Shown piece after piece: positions 1 to 10,266 of a DNA stretch of 63,825 nt. A program made the position numbers and the translations under genes. A model generated the notes under the pieces. It was not told the DNA's origin. It ran no database searches and saw only the letters and a list, made by a program, of their open reading frames with translations. The stretch is taken from the NCBI GenBank assembly GCA_964245755.1, contig CAXTNV010000004.1, positions 1 through 63,825 on the forward strand. The letters are read 5' to 3'. This DNA is from an uncultured Acetobacteraceae bacterium (GTDB lineage Bacteria; Pseudomonadota; Alphaproteobacteria; Acetobacterales; Acetobacteraceae). The stretch's first letter is position 1. Every line of letters begins with the position of its first letter.

Positions 1-1
1 G

Positions 2-343
2 CGCCGCGCCGAGCTCGGTCACCGCACTCGGCGAGTCCTTCTCCTTGAGCAGCCGCCGGGCCGCCCGCACGGTGATGCTCTCGCTGGTGCCGGGCAGGAG
101 GTTGGATACGTTTCTGGAGTTCGTTGAGCCAGAGCGGAAGGTCTGGGTCGGCGCCGCATTCTGCGCCACCTGCATGCCGCTGCCCACGCTCGCCTGTGGC
201 GTGCCGGCCGCCTGCGCACCGACTGCTGCAGTCGCGCTTGTTGGGCTGGCCTGCGCAAATACCGAGGTCGTGCCCAGCAATGCGGTCATCGCCGCCGAGC
301 TGAACAGGCAGACGCGCAAGGGGACGAAGTAGGAGCTTGGCAT
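2..343 (-). CDS. TonB-dependent receptor, N-terminal part (runs off left edge; not in ORF track)
   Basis: Manual translation from ATG at 343 with AGGAG upstream: MPSSYFVPLRVCLFSSAAMTALLGTTSVFAQ (signal-peptide-like), an Ala/Thr-rich linker, then ESITVRAARRLLKEKDSPSAVTELG. The last motif is a TonB-box (E-x-I-x-V) leading into the plug domain. Confidence 0.75.
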   Translation of the reverse strand, partial: MPSSYFVPLRVCLFSSAAMTALLGTTSVFAQASPTSATAAVGAQAAGTPQASVGSGMQVAQNAAPTQTFRSGSTNSRNVSNLLPGTSESITVRAARRLLKEKDSPSAVTELGAA

Positions 344-675
344 ATGAGCTGCTCTCCTCTGCAGGATTGGGCGGGATCTGCTCATCGTCCGCGCCGCATC
401 GTCGGAACGTCGTTCTGCTAAAGGTGATAGAGCGGTCGATGCACCGCAGGGAAAACCGAAACCTCCATTATATTGCATCAGGGTATAGCAGCAAGGCAAC
501 CGAACATCATGCGCATGACGCTTGTTTCGTGCTTCTGCCTGACAACTGGACAATCCGGTGTGCACTTGCATCACGTGTACACAATGATGATTAAGGAACG
601 GGCATCTGGCGTTCGTGCGGGTACGACTTTCGTCCGGCGCAACTTCAGCGCAGCGCCTGGCGCGGTGAAGATGGC

Positions 676-1686
676 CTAGCCAGGCTCGGGATCACCGTTC
701 CGGGCAATGCCGCATACGAGACCATCTCGTGCGATTGCCGGGCTGATCACCAGGAACAGCACCTTGCCGCCAGCAGGCGCCGTGACAGTCTCGATGACGG
801 TGCCGAAGAAGTCGCAGATCACGCCGACGGGGTCCCGGCTTCGGTGTCGTCCCCTACCTGCACACTCTGCTTGAAGAAGCCGGCTGCGTGGGAATCTGAT
901 CCAGATGAATTCGGTGAAGCAGCGCGCCGGCGGAAAATCCTGCACAGCGCCGTCCAGAACATCAGGGTGCGCAGGACGTTCTCCAACCCCGCCGGCATCC
1001 GTGCAGCGACAGCCGGTGCGTAGAGGCTTGCGCCGCCATCCTCTGCAATGATCGCCTGTATGCGCAGCCTCGCGGCGGCGGCGACCGCAGGACCAGTTAT
1101 CGGGGCAGCGGAAGGATGCTGCTCGGTCAGCGACGAAGACCCGAATGCGGTCGCCATCCTCGGGCTCTGAGCATCGACCGCGGGGTTGCCGGTTTGTTGA
1201 CACAGGGCGAACGGCACGAGTGCCTCCGCGAGATCGCCGCCGTGCAGGTCGATATAGATGCTGGCGTGACGCATGGCGCGCTGCACGAGCGACCATGCAA
1301 GCCGCTCCATGAAGCTGCCCTTCGGCCTGCCGGGAAACACGCGGTTGAGGTTCAGGTTGTCGATCGGGGACATCTAGGCCGTCCTGCTCAACGGCCGGCG
1401 GATCCATGAGCGGCAGGCAGGGGATCTGGCCACGGACGCCCGCAGGATCGAGCGTGGCCCCGGATCGCACCGTGGCGTCGATCGACGGGTACTCGCCGCC
1501 GTGGATCCCTGCGGTGACCAGCACCGACGCGCCCGGCTCACTTCCTCGGACTGCGACGTAGGGCCACTTCCAGCCGGTCGGGCCCGGATCACCCCGGTCG
1601 ACGTAGCCGTGGTCGTTGCCGCCGGGCACAGGCGACGGAACGAGATCGAATCGCCAGTTCGGCCCGGCACCGCCCTCTTCCATCAT
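676..1686 (-). pseudogene. Succinylglutamate desuccinylase/aspartoacylase (AstE/AspA, M14-like) pseudogene
   Basis: AGIHGGEY lies in frame 676..1686, while NLNRVFPG and IDLHGGD lie in frame 819..1373. There is a TAG at 1374-1376 and frame switches near ~1390, ~965, ~895 and ~830. The C-terminal biotinyl-like VIETVTAPAGGKVLF is back in the first frame. Confidence 0.85.
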
Positions 1687-1906
1687 GTCGAGCTCCTGAA
1701 CCTGGCTGCCGGGTGCTGCTCGCCCTGAAGGGATGCGGACGGCGGAACCAGACGCGCAGGGGCTCGCTCCGGAAGAACCGGTCGCGCTCGTGATGATCCT
1801 GGTCTGTCGTCGAGAATGAGCAAGGCCGTGCCGATGCTGAGGCAGCGGCTTGCAGGGCGGCCGAAGTCGGCTTGGCGCGATGCTGAGCGGGAGGCGCCGG
1901 CTTCCA

Positions 1907-2653
1907 TCACTTGCCGCCGTCCACGCTGAGCGTCTGACCGTTGATCCAGCCCGCTTGATCGCTGGCCAGGAACAGGACGGCGTGCACGATATCCTCTACC
2001 GTCCCGAGCCTGCGCATCGCGACCGTCTCGAGCAGGCGCCTCTGTCCCTCACGTCCGTAGGCCTCCCATTGCCGCTCCGTGGTCGGGTTCGAGCGGACGA
2101 AGCCGGGCGCCACGCTGTTGACCGTGATGCCGAACGGGCCCAGCTCGTGGGCGAGCTGGCGGGTCAGTCCGATCTCGCCGGCCTTGGCAGCCGCGTATGC
2201 CTGGATGCCGGTGAGGCTGATACCGATCCCCGCGCCGCTCGAGATGGTGACGATGCGTCCGTGTCCGGCCGCCTTCATGCCGGGGATCACAGCCTGCGCC
2301 ATGAGAAAGGCACCCGTGAGATTGACGCCGAGGATGGCGTGCCACTCCGACGCGGCCACCGCCTCCGCTGCCTTGCCCACCTGGCCGCAGACACCGCCGG
2401 CACTGTGCACGAGTATGTCCGCGGCTCCGAAAGCGCCCAGCGCACTGGCGATCGTTGATGGGTCGGTGACATCCACCACCGCCGTGCTCAGCGCGCCTGC
2501 GGCCTGGGCGGCAGTGTCGGCGAGCCCTGCCCGGTTGACGTCGACCGCGAGCGTTCTCGCGCCGAACTGGGCAAGTGCCTGTGCGATGCCGCGCCCGATG
2601 CCGTGCCCGGCCCCCGTGACCAGCGCCGCGCGTCCCTCGAAGCCGATCCGCAT
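1907..2653 (-). CDS. Short-chain dehydrogenase/reductase (FabG-like)
   Basis: TGAGHGIG, YAAAK and VNSVAPG motifs. The start overlaps the upstream stop by 1 nt. Confidence 0.93.
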   Translation of the reverse strand: MRIGFEGRAALVTGAGHGIGRGIAQALAQFGARTLAVDVNRAGLADTAAQAAGALSTAVVDVTDPSTIASALGAFGAADILVHSAGGVCGQVGKAAEAVAASEWHAILGVNLTGAFLMAQAVIPGMKAAGHGRIVTISSGAGIGISLTGIQAYAAAKAGEIGLTRQLAHELGPFGITVNSVAPGFVRSNPTTERQWEAYGREGQRRLLETVAMRRLGTVEDIVHAVLFLASDQAGWINGQTLSVDGGK

Positions 2654-3681
2654 CAGCCGCTGGCCGCGGCGGCTTCAGCGAGAACGGCGAGATTGCCACG
2701 ACCGAGCATGCGCTTCCCGTCCTCGATCTCATGGATCATCCCGATCAGGGCGGTTGCGATCGGAGCCGCACGCCCGAGCGAGGCTGCCGCCTCGATCACC
2801 GGACCAAGCTGCGCATCCACCTCGGTGCGGCGCTTGCGGATCGCGAGGTCGCGCCAGATGCCGCTGTGCGATTTCGCCGAGCGGCGGTTCTGCCGCACCA
2901 TGGCCTGAAACGAGGCGTCGATCGCCGCATCGTCTCCACCTGGGGCGAACGCCGCCGGATCAAAGCCGTTGAAGCCCAGCGGGCGCACCCCGTCGGCGAG
3001 CGCCATCGCCACGGGCTCGCGTGCGGTCGCCGCCAGAAATGCTCGATGCTCCGGGGCATCGAGAACGTCGGCGATCGAGTCGTTGGTGACGGCGGTGGCG
3101 AACAGCAGCGCACCGTAGCCGAGCTTTCCCCACAGAAAGCCGACGATGTTTTCGGTCGCGCTGGCCGACGGCTCGAACGCCAGCAGCATGCGCTGCAGGG
3201 CCTCGATGCGTCCGGTGCGCGAACCGTCGAGTTCTCCCACGACACACGCACCACGGCCGCCGAAAAGGATGCGGCCCGGCGACAGGTAGTCGGCGCCGAA
3301 GTTGATGAAGCCGCCGACGACGCGGTGCATACCGACGATGCTCCCGATCACGGCCTCGTTGAGCCCGTTCTGTAACGAGGCGACGTAGCCTGCGTCGGCA
3401 AGATGCGGCAGCAGGGCGCAGCTTGCCTCTTGCGTATGATGTGCCTTGACGCAGAGCAGGATACGCTCGAAGCGGCCCGGAACGGCATCGGGCATCACCG
3501 CGCGCACGGCGACATCGAATTGCTCGATCGGGCCTTCTATAGACAGGCCATCGCGTGCCATCGCCTCTACATGGGCCGCGGCGCTATCCACGAAGAGCAC
3601 GTCGTGGCCGGCGCGCACCAGATAGGCGCCGATCGTGCCACCGACGGCGCCGGCACCCCAGATCAGGATCGTCCCGCTCAT
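2653..3681 (-). CDS. Ketopantoate reductase (ApbA/PanE)-family oxidoreductase
   Basis: Start MSGTILIWGAGAVGG at 3681, with ATGA overlap to the creatininase stop. Motifs LLCVKA, SLQNGL, LWGKL and RRTEVD. Confidence 0.9.
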   Translation of the reverse strand: MSGTILIWGAGAVGGTIGAYLVRAGHDVLFVDSAAAHVEAMARDGLSIEGPIEQFDVAVRAVMPDAVPGRFERILLCVKAHHTQEASCALLPHLADAGYVASLQNGLNEAVIGSIVGMHRVVGGFINFGADYLSPGRILFGGRGACVVGELDGSRTGRIEALQRMLLAFEPSASATENIVGFLWGKLGYGALLFATAVTNDSIADVLDAPEHRAFLAATAREPVAMALADGVRPLGFNGFDPAAFAPGGDDAAIDASFQAMVRQNRRSAKSHSGIWRDLAIRKRRTEVDAQLGPVIEAAASLGRAAPIATALIGMIHEIEDGKRMLGRGNLAVLAEAAAASG

Positions 3682-4379
3682 TCCCACGGACCCTCGATGA
3701 GGGCTCTGGTCTCCCCGACGGCGACCTCCCAGATCGCGAGCATCTCCTCGTCGCTGCGCTGATAGCGGCCCCCGAGGCTGCCGTCTCCGAGGACCCTCCT
3801 CACCTCGACGGGTGTCAGCAACCGGAACCGTTCGAGATCTGCCATCGGCTTCGCCACATCCGGCGCAGCGACACCGGCGAGACGAGTCCAGGGAAAGTTT
3901 TCCATCCAGGAGGCATGCGAGGCCAGCGCATCGGTCTGGTGCACCTTCGCCATCGTCCGGGCGGCGCTCCACCAGTTATGGAACCGCACCCGGCAGCCGG
4001 GATGGTCCGCGATCCACTCCTGAACGAAGCCGGAGGCCGGCGAATTGCCGCCATGCCCGTTGCAGATGACGATCCGGCGGAACCCGGTGCGGAACAGCCC
4101 GTCCAGGACGTCGCGTACGAGATCGAGATAGGTCTGCATGCGCAGCGTGATCGTCCCGGGGAAGTCCTGGAAGTATGGCGTGATGCCGTACGAGACCACC
4201 GGGAAGACAGGGACAGCCAGCGGTGCTGCGGCATCCACGGCGACGCGCTCGCTGAGAATGCTGTCGACCGAGAGACTGAGCTGTGCGTGCTGCTCGGTGC
4301 TGCCGAGCGGCAGGACGCATCTGTCATCGTTCTGCAGGTATGTCTCGACCTGCATCCAGTTCATCTCGCTGATCCGCAT
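3678..4379 (-). CDS. Creatininase/creatinine amidohydrolase family protein
   Basis: LPLGSTEQH, D, CNGHGGN and SHASWME metal-ligand motifs. GGAGGAG RBS. Confidence 0.93.
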   Translation of the reverse strand: MRISEMNWMQVETYLQNDDRCVLPLGSTEQHAQLSLSVDSILSERVAVDAAAPLAVPVFPVVSYGITPYFQDFPGTITLRMQTYLDLVRDVLDGLFRTGFRRIVICNGHGGNSPASGFVQEWIADHPGCRVRFHNWWSAARTMAKVHQTDALASHASWMENFPWTRLAGVAAPDVAKPMADLERFRLLTPVEVRRVLGDGSLGGRYQRSDEEMLAIWEVAVGETRALIEGPWE

Positions 4380-4577
4380 CGGAACTCCTCCTCGCTCGGC
4401 GGCATTTGCACGCGCCGTTCTCAGGTCGATGTCGTTCGCTGCGGCGCGGTAGTGCGTGTCATCCCGCTTGGTCCGCAGCCTTCAGGATAAGGGACCGCGA
4501 CGTCCCGACGGCATCGGATCCGCGACCGGGGGATGCAGCGGAGGGGATCAAGTCATGGCGACCACCGCCTGCTAATT

Positions 4578-4595
4578 GTAGTACTGAACTGGAAC
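4578..4595. promoter_or_regulatory. Candidate GntR operator upstream of the creatininase operon
   Basis: GTAGTA-N6-TGGAAC resembles the perfect GTTCTA-N6-TAGAAC at 12816. A related GTGCCA-N7-TAGCAT sits at 4674-4692. Confidence 0.35.
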
Positions 4596-4902
4596 GGTTG
4601 TTGTCTCGGAGAGTGAGTGTGCAGAGGATCACCTGTCAAGACCCTCGAAGCCTTCCTGGATCAAGAGACGGTTGTGCCAATGAATGTAGCATACGGGTAG
4701 GACGGTTTCGACTTCGCGGCGGGGTGCAGATCGTGCGTTGCCGGATGCGTCTACCGATCGCCCGGGCTGCCGCTGCGCACCACCGTGCCGGAGCAGGTCC
4801 GGCTGGGCGTGCTCCATCTCGACCCCAACGCGGTGGGCAGCGATCCTGATCCGGTTCCCGCTCGTCGCCGGCAGCCGTGCGATGGTCAACCGGCAGCTCC
4901 GG

Positions 4903-5850
4903 CTAGCGATGCGTCGCGACGAACATCGTGCCGTCAGACAGGATCCAGCCGCGGAACATGCCCTCGGTGTTGAAGGGAGCCGTGACGCCGCCATGCCGGT
5001 CGATCGCGATCAGGCCGGTGCCGATGCCGTGCGGCGCCAGCTCGGTCTCGATCATGTATCGTGCCGCACTCTCGAGATCCTCGCCGAGATGCCGGACCCG
5101 GGCGGCGATCTCATGCGCGGCCACGTGGCGAATGAAGAACTCGCCCTGTCCCGTGCAGGAGACCGCGCACACTCCGTCGCGCGCGTAGGTCCCGGCGCCG
5201 ATCAGGGGAGAGTCGCCGATGCGTCCTTCCGGCTTGTCGGTGTATCCGCCGGTCGAGGTCGCGGCGGCGAGGTGACCTTCGCGGTCCAGGGCCACCGCGC
5301 CGACCGTCCCGTGCTTCTCGGCTTCGCTCGCCGCCGATCCGGTGCCGGCAGCCCGCCGCGCCTGCATCGCCTGCAGGGCTGCGATCCGCCGCGGGGTCGT
5401 GAAATAATCCTGTGCCTCGAGAGGTAGCCCGGCGGAAGCGGCGAAACGGTCCGATGCCGGCCCGGCCAGCATCATCGGGATGCCCTGCCGCATGAGCGCC
5501 CTCGCCGCGCGCACCGGATTGCGGATCGCGCGCGCCGCGCAGACCGCGCCCGCGGCCCCGGTGGCGCCGTCCATGATCGCCGCATCAAGCTCGTGCACGC
5601 CCTCCCGGTTGAGTGCGGCACCATGGCCGGCGTTGAAGTGCGGCGAGTCCTCCAAAACCACGACGCAGGCCTCGACGGCGTCGATGGCGCTCGCTCCCTG
5701 ACCGAGCAGATCCCAACCGCGGCGAAGCGCCCGCACGATGTCCTCGCGCGCCGCGGTCCACTCGGCTTCGGGAAGATCGGCCTGAGGCATTACCCCGCAG
5801 CCGCCATGCAAGCCGATCGCCATCGGTCCGGGGGTCGCCGCCGCGCTCAT
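4903..5850 (-). CDS. iaaA: Isoaspartyl peptidase/L-asparaginase (Ntn hydrolase, plant-type)
   Basis: LHGGCG, LEDSPHFNAGHG, HG|TVGAVA autocleavage Thr, ATSTGG, GRIGDSP and CTGQGE. ATG at 5850 overlaps the M32 stop. Confidence 0.92.
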   Translation of the reverse strand: MSAAATPGPMAIGLHGGCGVMPQADLPEAEWTAAREDIVRALRRGWDLLGQGASAIDAVEACVVVLEDSPHFNAGHGAALNREGVHELDAAIMDGATGAAGAVCAARAIRNPVRAARALMRQGIPMMLAGPASDRFAASAGLPLEAQDYFTTPRRIAALQAMQARRAAGTGSAASEAEKHGTVGAVALDREGHLAAATSTGGYTDKPEGRIGDSPLIGAGTYARDGVCAVSCTGQGEFFIRHVAAHEIAARVRHLGEDLESAARYMIETELAPHGIGTGLIAIDRHGGVTAPFNTEGMFRGWILSDGTMFVATHR

Positions 5851-7364
5851 GGCGTGGCTTCCAGCAGCGCAGCACTTTTGGCCCCAAGGTCTGCGAGATA
5901 GCAGGCGGGATCCAGCCCACTGCCGGTGGCATCCAGGAGGATGCGGTCGCGTTGGCGGCTTCGGCCGTGCTGGTGCACATGCCGTCCTAGCCAGCTCTTC
6001 AGCGCATCGTATCGTCCTTCCTGCAGCTCCGACGAAACCGCCGCGTCGCGACCGGCGGCGGCGAAGAACTGCGACGACATGATGTTGCCGAGCGTGTAGG
6101 TCGCGAACGAGCCGACATAGCCCGACGACCAGTGCACGTCCTGCAGCACGCCATGCGCGAGATCGGGAACTTCCAGCTCGAAGCTGCGCGCCATGCGTTC
6201 GTTCCAGAGGCCGGGCAGATCCGCCACGTCGCATTCGCCTGCCACCAGCGCGGCCTCGAGTTCGACCCGGAGCATGATGTGCGCGTCATAGGTCAGTTCG
6301 TCCGCCTCGATGCGGATCAGCCCGCGGCGCGGGGCATTGACGCTGCGCCAGAAGGCATCCACCGTCACGCCGCGGAGCTGCTCGGGAAACACGTCGCGCA
6401 GCGCACCGTAGTGCAGCTCCCAGAACCGGCGTGACCGGCCGATCCGGTTCTCGTAGAGACGGGACTGCGACTCGTGCAGGCCGAAGCTGCTGCCGCCCAC
6501 CGCGTAGAGGTTGATGAGGTCTATCGCGCCGAGGCCCCGCGTCCAGCGCCCCGCAACCCCTTGCTCATAGATGCCGTGTCCCGCCTCGTGCCACAGCGCG
6601 AACAGGCCGCCGCGCAGGAAGTCCTCCCGGAATCTCGAGGTGATCCGCACGTCATCGCGAGTCATCGAGATCTCGAAAGGATGCACCGTGTCATCGATGC
6701 GTCCGCGGGAGAAATCGTAACCTAATTTCTGCGCGATCGCCGCGGAGAAACGTCGCTGCCCTTCGATCGGGTACTGCTGGCGCAGGAAGTCGTCCGGCGG
6801 ATCGACGCCGCGCACGCTCTCCAGCAGCGGTGCGATGCCGGCACGGAGAGCCGCGAACAGCGGCTCGAGCCGCGCCAGCGTCATGGTGGGCTCATATTGG
6901 CCGAGCAGGGCGTCGTAGGGATGCTTTGCGTAGCCGATCGCCTGGGCCAGCTCGCGCTGCAGCACGAAGATCCGCTCCAGCATCGGCGCGAAGATCGCGA
7001 ATTCGTTTGCCTGTCGCGCGGCGATCCATGCGGCGTGCGCGGTGGTCTTCAGGCTCGCCATCTCGACCAGGAGCGCCTCGGGGATGCGACGCATCGTCTC
7101 GATCTGCCCGGCAAAGTTCGACAGCAGGTCGCGCGCATCCGCATCCAGGGTGTCCGAATGATCCTGAGCCGACGCGATGGCGTCGCGCATGCGGTGTCCG
7201 GTTGCGCATTCGCGGGCGAGTGCCGTGAGGGTTGCGACTTGGTGACCGCGCGCGGCATTGCCACCCGGCGGCATGTGCGTGCGCGCGTCCCAAGACAACA
7301 GGTTCATCGTGCAGAGCAGATCGTTCAGCCGCGCCGCCTCGACGGCGAGTTCGACATCCGGCAT
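5847..7364 (-). CDS. Carboxypeptidase M32 (Taq-type)
   Basis: HEAGH zinc motif, HPF, DVRIT, HESQSR, IRIEADE, GVLQDVHW and YTLGN. Confidence 0.95.
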   Translation of the reverse strand: MPDVELAVEAARLNDLLCTMNLLSWDARTHMPPGGNAARGHQVATLTALARECATGHRMRDAIASAQDHSDTLDADARDLLSNFAGQIETMRRIPEALLVEMASLKTTAHAAWIAARQANEFAIFAPMLERIFVLQRELAQAIGYAKHPYDALLGQYEPTMTLARLEPLFAALRAGIAPLLESVRGVDPPDDFLRQQYPIEGQRRFSAAIAQKLGYDFSRGRIDDTVHPFEISMTRDDVRITSRFREDFLRGGLFALWHEAGHGIYEQGVAGRWTRGLGAIDLINLYAVGGSSFGLHESQSRLYENRIGRSRRFWELHYGALRDVFPEQLRGVTVDAFWRSVNAPRRGLIRIEADELTYDAHIMLRVELEAALVAGECDVADLPGLWNERMARSFELEVPDLAHGVLQDVHWSSGYVGSFATYTLGNIMSSQFFAAAGRDAAVSSELQEGRYDALKSWLGRHVHQHGRSRQRDRILLDATGSGLDPACYLADLGAKSAALLEATP

Positions 7365-7373
7365 GGGCTTCTC

Positions 7374-8405
7374 CTAGGTGACGCCCTGATCCTGGTCGCT
7401 GGGCTGGGCCCGATCGGGCGCGAAGTGGCAGGCGACCGCCCGGCCCGGTGCGACCGCGCGCAGGCTCGGCGTCTCGGTGGCGCATTCCGGCTGTGCCTGC
7501 GTGCAGCGCGGCCGGAATACGCAGCCGGTCGGCAGGTCAGGCAGGATGGGTGCGGCGGCCGTATCTGCATGTGCTGCGCGGACGACGCGTTGTTGCGGGT
7601 CCAGCGTCGGAGCCGACGCGAGCAACAATTGCGTGTACGGGTGCAGGGGATCCATGAACAGATCCTCGCTATCCGCGAGCTCGACCAGAGTGCCGCGATA
7701 CATCACCGCCACGCGATGCGAGATATGGCGCACCAGCCGCAGGTCGTGCGCGATGAAGACGATCGCGAGCTTCAGCTGGGACTGTAGCGTGATCAGCAGG
7801 TTCACGATCTGCGCCTGCACCGAGACGTCGAGGGCAGAGACCACCTCGTCGGCGACGATGACCTCCGGCCGCACCGAGAGCGCGCGCGCCATCGCGATCC
7901 GCTGCAGCTGCCCGCCGGAGAACTGGTGCGGCCGCCGATGCAGCAGCGTCGATGGCAGCCGGACAAGATCGAGCAGCGCCGCCAGCTCAGCCGGCACCGC
8001 GGCGGCGTCGCAGATACGATGCACCCTGAGCGCCTCGCCGAGCGTCTGTGCCACCGTCATTCGCGGGTTGAGCGCGCTCAGCGGGTTCTGGAACACCAGC
8101 TGCACTCGGCGGTGGAACGCGCGGCGGTCGGCGCCGCGGATGCTCGCGAGATCGCGACCGCGATACAGCACGCGGCCGCTGTCGCACGGGTGCAGGGCGG
8201 TGAGGCAGCGGGCGAGGGTAGACTTGCCGGAGCCGGACTCGCCGACGATGCTGAACGCCTCGCCTGCGGCGACGACGAGACTGACGTCCCGCAGGGCGTG
8301 CACCAACGGAGGCTGACGACGGCGGGCAAGGTCGAGCAGCGAGCGGCGTCGGCCGAAGTGCTTCGACACCCGATCCGCCTGCAGGAGGTTGGTGGCCTCG
8401 CTCAA
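7374..8405 (-). CDS. Peptide ABC transporter ATP-binding subunit (OppF/DppF-like)
   Basis: [20 protein letters not shown] and C-terminal GCVFRPRC...VACH. Confidence 0.95.
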   Translation of the reverse strand: MSEATNLLQADRVSKHFGRRRSLLDLARRRQPPLVHALRDVSLVVAAGEAFSIVGESGSGKSTLARCLTALHPCDSGRVLYRGRDLASIRGADRRAFHRRVQLVFQNPLSALNPRMTVAQTLGEALRVHRICDAAAVPAELAALLDLVRLPSTLLHRRPHQFSGGQLQRIAMARALSVRPEVIVADEVVSALDVSVQAQIVNLLITLQSQLKLAIVFIAHDLRLVRHISHRVAVMYRGTLVELADSEDLFMDPLHPYTQLLLASAPTLDPQQRVVRAAHADTAAAPILPDLPTGCVFRPRCTQAQPECATETPSLRAVAPGRAVACHFAPDRAQPSDQDQGVT

Positions 8406-9415
8406 GGCCTCGCACCGCCGGCGAGATCTGGATCACCGAGGATGGGGGCCGCAAGTTCTGCCTGCCGCAGGCAGGCAACGGCGCGCCCCGGAAGCACCGG
8501 CTCCAACGGCGGCACGGTGGCCGTGCAGCGGGTCCGGGCCGCCTGACAGCGTGGGTGGAACGCGCATCCCGAGGGCCGATCGGCGATGGCGGGGGTGGTA
8601 CCTTCGATCGCGGTCAGCATCATGCGCGGCCGGCCGCCGCCGGGGACCGAGCCGAGCAGGCCGCGGGTGTACGGATGCCGCGGCTCCACGAACAGTGCTG
8701 CCACCGGGCCGCTCTCGACGATGCGACCGGAGTAGATGACGACGACGTGCTCGCAGAGCCGCGCCACCACGCCGAGATCGTGCGTGACCAGCACGATGCT
8801 CATGCCGAGACGGTTGCGAAGCGACAGCAGCAGCCGGAGGATCTCCTCCTGGACGGTCACGTCCAGCGCGGTGGTGGGCTCGTCGGCGAGCAGGAGCCCG
8901 GGCTCTGAGGCAAGCGCGATCGCGATCATCACGCGCTGCAGCATGCCGCCGGAGAACTGATGCGGAAGGTCACGTAGACGCTCGGCCGCATTCGATATGC
9001 CGACCAGGTCGAGGAGCTCGATCGCGCGGTCGCGCCGGTCTCGTCGGTCAAGCGCCGTATGTGCGGCCAGGCTTTCCGTGATCTGCGTGCCCACTGCGAG
9101 CACCCGGTTCAAAGCGGTCGCCGCATCCTGAGTGATCAGCGCGATCTCGCGGCCGCGGATCGCACGCATCTCCCGCTCGCCCAGGGTCATGAGGTTCCGG
9201 CCGCGCCACAGCACCGCGCCGCCGATCCGCGCCTCGCGCGGCGGCAGGCGCATGATCGCGCGCAGCAATTGGCTCTTGCCCGACCCACTCTCGCCGACAA
9301 TGCCCAGGATCTCGCCGCGCCGCAGCGACAGGCTGACGCCGTCCACCGCACGTGGCGCGCTGCGTCCGGTGCCGAAAGCGACCGAAACATCGCGGAGTTC
9401 AAGTTGCGGCGTCAT
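8402..9415 (-). CDS. Peptide ABC transporter ATP-binding subunit (OppD/DppD-like)
   Basis: Start [12 protein letters not shown] at 9415 (ATGA overlap). [16 protein letters not shown] and ADEPTTALD. Confidence 0.95.
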   Translation of the reverse strand: MTPQLELRDVSVAFGTGRSAPRAVDGVSLSLRRGEILGIVGESGSGKSQLLRAIMRLPPREARIGGAVLWRGRNLMTLGEREMRAIRGREIALITQDAATALNRVLAVGTQITESLAAHTALDRRDRRDRAIELLDLVGISNAAERLRDLPHQFSGGMLQRVMIAIALASEPGLLLADEPTTALDVTVQEEILRLLLSLRNRLGMSIVLVTHDLGVVARLCEHVVVIYSGRIVESGPVAALFVEPRHPYTRGLLGSVPGGGRPRMMLTAIEGTTPAIADRPSGCAFHPRCQAARTRCTATVPPLEPVLPGRAVACLRQAELAAPILGDPDLAGGARP

Positions 9416-10266
9416 CGACGCACGCCGAGCAACATGCCGAGCCCGTCGCCGGCGAGGCTGAAGGCGAGGCCGGTGAGAACGATGGCGGCGCCCGGGAACA
9501 CGGTCATCCACCAGGCGGTGGTGATGTAGTTCTTGCCGCTCGCGATCAGCGCGCCCCACTCCGCGACGGGCGGCTGCGCGCCGAGGCCGAGATAGCCGAG
9601 GCTCGACCCGAGCAGGATCGAGAGCGCCATGTCGGTCATCCAGAACACCAGCACCGCCGTCACGGCGTTCGGGACCAAGTGCCGGAAGATGATGCGTGCT
9701 CGTCCATATCCCATTGCGCGCGCGGCCGCGGCGTAGTCGAGCCGGCGCTGTGTCTTGATCTCGGCCAGCATCAGCCGCGCGTAGAACACCCACCCGACCA
9801 GTGCCGTCGCCACGTACATGTTGGACAGGCCCGGCCCCAGCACGGTGACGATGGCGATCACCAGCACCAGGAAGGGGAACGCAACCACGACGCCCACCAT
9901 CTGCACCAGCAGGATTTCCGCCAACCCGCCGAAGAAGCCGGCCAGCGCACCCACGACGGTGCCGACCAGCAGTGCCGGAACCGTCGCGAACAGCGCGATC
10001 TGCATGTCGACGGCGTAGCCCCAGATCACGCGCGAGAGCATGTCTCGGCCGAACTCGTCGGTCCCGAACGGATGCCCTGAGCTGGGTCCATGCAGGAGGT
10101 GCGTGTAATCAAAGTGCCGCGGGCTCATCGGTGCGACGAGCTGCGGCACCATGGCGAGGGCGCCGCTGAACGCCAGGATCACGAGACCGGCCAGCAGAGC
10201 ATTCGGCAGCGGCTGCGTCGTCGTCGGATCGGCGGCGAGCGGGATCGGGTCCCGGACCGCGTTCAA
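9412..10266 (-). CDS. Peptide ABC transporter permease (OppC/DppC-like)
   Basis: TTG start overlapping the upstream TGA, with GGAGG RBS. HPFGTDEFGRD, AARAMG EAA loop and LGLGAQPP. Confidence 0.92.
   Translation of the reverse strand: MNAVRDPIPLAADPTTTQPLPNALLAGLVILAFSGALAMVPQLVAPMSPRHFDYTHLLHGPSSGHPFGTDEFGRDMLSRVIWGYAVDMQIALFATVPALLVGTVVGALAGFFGGLAEILLVQMVGVVVAFPFLVLVIAIVTVLGPGLSNMYVATALVGWVFYARLMLAEIKTQRRLDYAAAARAMGYGRARIIFRHLVPNAVTAVLVFWMTDMALSILLGSSLGYLGLGAQPPVAEWGALIASGKNYITTAWWMTVFPGAAIVLTGLAFSLAGDGLGMLLGVRR

Noticed and set aside
2653-3972. Long N-terminal extensions or apparent fusions in the ORF track (e.g. 2653..3972, 4903..6234, 9412..11265)
   Set aside because: The extensions overlap upstream genes in another frame. 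The true starts form ATGA/TTGA/GTGA couplings.
3678-4379. Creatininase as MftE of a mycofactocin/RiPP cluster
   Set aside because: No radical SAM enzyme, RRE protein or precursor peptide is present in the window.
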